Assembly (NCBI GenBank): GCA_963782055.1
Contig: CAWAIF010000003.1
Location: 2,464,001 to 2,528,000, forward strand
Source: an uncultured delta proteobacterium
Lineage (GTDB): Bacteria; Myxococcota_A; Polyangia; Polyangiales; Polyangiaceae
Length of the DNA: 64,000 bases
Direction of reading: 5' to 3'
Below are positions 62,201-64,000 of the stretch, piece by piece (position 1 is the stretch's first letter; each line of letters begins with the position of its first letter). Under the pieces are notes generated by a model that was not told the DNA's origin, ran no database searches, and saw only the letters and a list, made by a program, of their open reading frames with translations. Made by a program: the position numbers and the translations under genes.

Positions 62201-63047
62201 CGACCTCGTGGTCAACACGACGGACCCGAACCTCGCTCCGCCGCCCTTTCACGTGAAGCTGCAGGGCGAGGCGGGCTGGGGTGACGGCACCACGCACGAC
62301 CTCGACGCCCTCCCTCTGCCGGCGGCTCTCAACCCGGCCCAGATCGCGAGCGTCACCGTCACCCTGTTCGAGAACGGCCAGGGCGGCTCGCACGCCGACA
62401 ACTGGGACCTCGGCGGCATACAGGTCCGGCTCGGCACGGCGCAGCCGGGCGCGGCGTGGGGGTGCCTCGTCGACGTGAGCGGCAACGGGAGCTGCGATGC
62501 GAACCAGCCGAGCTGTCACTCGGGCACCCTCGGCAACACGAGCGACACGGGCGCCGCGCGGCTCAGCGAGACGGTGAGCGACAGCGGCCAGGGGCCGTCG
62601 GCGACGTTCCTCATTGCGAACGAGGGCTGCGCAGCGTGGAACCCGGGGCCGGCGCAGCAGCCCTTCGACTCGATCGAGGTCGTGGTGGACACCTCCGACG
62701 ACGACCTCGGGAGCGGCGACCAGCTCGATTTCCGCGTCTTCGACAGCACGAACACGCAGAAGGCCTTCCAGCCTCTCCATAACTCCGGGGCGGCGAAGTT
62801 CGACAACAACACGGAGCACTCAGTTCGCGTCGCGGTGCCGCAGCTCCCGTCTTCCGCGGTGGATCACCTCACCCTCGCGCTCTCCAACGAGGGGAACGAC
62901 GAGTGGCACGTGAACGGCATCTCCATCTTCGGCCGCCGCATCATCGCGGGCGGCCAGGACACGTGCCTCTACCGCTCGACGGGGAAGATCGTCATGAACA
63001 GCGGGCTTTCCACCTTGACCCTGTCGCGCGGGAGCGGGTGCCCCTGA
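59237..63047 (+). CDS. S53 (sedolisin/kumamolisin-like) protease with lipoprotein-like signal; ATG 59237 is out of frame with the main ORF (59331-63047)
   Basis: Prodomain (NPHSPNYRHFITP..F...FG), EAALD, SSGD, FPDVAA, GTSLSAP, FHDI..G, GYDLATGWGSP; two repeated C-terminal beta domains. Confidence 0.88.
59241..59325 (+). repeat. Perfect pentanucleotide microsatellite (CGCCT)17
   Basis: Counted directly; starts 4 nt after the A of an ATG at 59237. Confidence 0.97.
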
Positions 63048-63057
63048 GGGCGCGGCG

Positions 63058-63426
63058 ATGAAGGCCTCACCGGTCGGCTCTCGCCTGGTCACGGCCGCGG
63101 TCGTCTCCGCGCTGCTCGGATGCGGCGCCCGGACCGAGCTGGAGAGCCCGGAACTCGCCGCGACCGCGACGGCGGATGCCGGAGCGGACGGCGCCTCCGA
63201 TGCAGGTGCTGGCGTGGACGGTAGTGGTGGTGACGGAGGCGGTGGGCCCATCTACTGCGGGTACTATGTCGGCCCGGTGGACTACTGCCCCGACGGCTGG
63301 GCCATGCGCTGCTCGCCGGGACGGGAGTGCCTCTACAATATTGGGCACGATGGCCTCTGGGGGTGCTGCACCCCAGAGAACAACTGCCTCTACGGAAGCC
63401 CCGGCGATGGGTACACTTGCCCATAG
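63058..63426 (+). CDS. Small Cys-rich lipoprotein, copy 1
   Basis: LLGC-GART lipobox, DAG linker, 8-Cys C-terminal domain. Confidence 0.8.
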   Translation: MKASPVGSRLVTAAVVSALLGCGARTELESPELAATATADAGADGASDAGAGVDGSGGDGGGGPIYCGYYVGPVDYCPDGWAMRCSPGRECLYNIGHDGLWGCCTPENNCLYGSPGDGYTCP

Positions 63427-63499
63427 CGCATTGTGATGAGCCAGCGGCCCATCGATAATCGTGCCACTCGCGCAGTGCGGACGCGCACGTGTGATAGCC

Positions 63500-63685
63500 G
63501 ATCCCTTCACCCTCGCGCTCTCCAACGAGGGGAACGACGAGTAGCACGTGAACGGCATCTCCATCTTCGGCCGCCGCATCATCGCGGGCGGCCAGGACAC
63601 GTGCCTCTACCGCTCGACGCGGAAGATCGTCATGAACAGCGGGCTTTCCACCTTGACCCTGTCGCGCGGGAGCGGGTGCCCCTGA
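63500..63685 (+). pseudogene. Duplicated 3' end of the S53 protease gene with TGG>TAG stop
   Basis: Near-identical to 62862-63047. Confidence 0.88.
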
Positions 63686-63695
63686 GGGGACGGCG

Positions 63696-64000
63696 ATGAA
63701 GGCCTCACCGGTCGGCTCTCGCCTGGTCACGGCCGCGGTCGTCTCGGCGCTGCTCGGATGCGGCGCCCGGACCGAGCTGGAGAGCCCGGAGGTCACCGCG
63801 ACACCGCGACGGCGGACGCCGGAGCGGACGGCGCCTCCGATGCGGCTGCCGGCGTCGACGGCGGTGGTGATGCCGAGGGGGGCGGCCCCATCTACTGCGG
63901 CTACTACGTTGGTCCGGTGGACTACTGCCCCGACGGCTGGGCTATGCGCTGTCCGCCCGGCTCGCAGTGCCTCTTCGATGTGGGGCATAATGATCTGTGG
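63696..64000 (+). pseudogene. Cys-rich lipoprotein, copy 2 (+2 frameshift near 63801; incomplete at the window edge)
   Basis: Same N-terminus as copy 1; extra AC in GCGACACCGCG; diverged C-terminus. Confidence 0.75.

Noticed and set aside
63250..64000. TR/VR pair in the duplicated lipoproteins
   Set aside because: Differences include many C/T, G/C and synonymous changes and are not adenine-specific

Overview
High-GC window, probably from a myxobacterium (Polyangiales-like; inferred from gene content). It has four parts. (1) 1-21.1 kb is a surface polysaccharide locus: asparagine-synthase-type amidotransferase, MurJ-like flippase, GT4s, Wzy-like protein, methyltransferases, CapD/PglF, PglC/PglD-like and WbpO/WbpD/WbpE-like genes. 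Its left part looks lower in GC and is interrupted by IS66, ISL3 and IS21-like debris. (2) 21.1-23.1 kb holds two convergent four-helix-bundle (Avd/23S-IVP-like) genes. Each has the same structured non-coding leader and lies among low-complexity tandem repeats. (3) 23-39 kb mixes housekeeping and accessory genes (hrpB, murB, TetR/lipase, cupredoxin) with a translationally coupled TPR-small protein-radical SAM/SPASM-membrane protein operon. (4) 39-59 kb contains an 11.8-kb inversion (42511-54301) between two inverted IS21 copies, shown by swapped 5-bp target duplications. The inversion splits a group II intron and a nested IS3 > Mu-like transposon > IS21 stack. The window ends with an S53 protease gene whose signal peptide is shifted out of frame by a (CGCCT)17 microsatellite (candidate phase variation), followed by a 638-bp-period duplicated Cys-rich lipoprotein cassette. 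All calls come from reading the sequence; no database searches were run.
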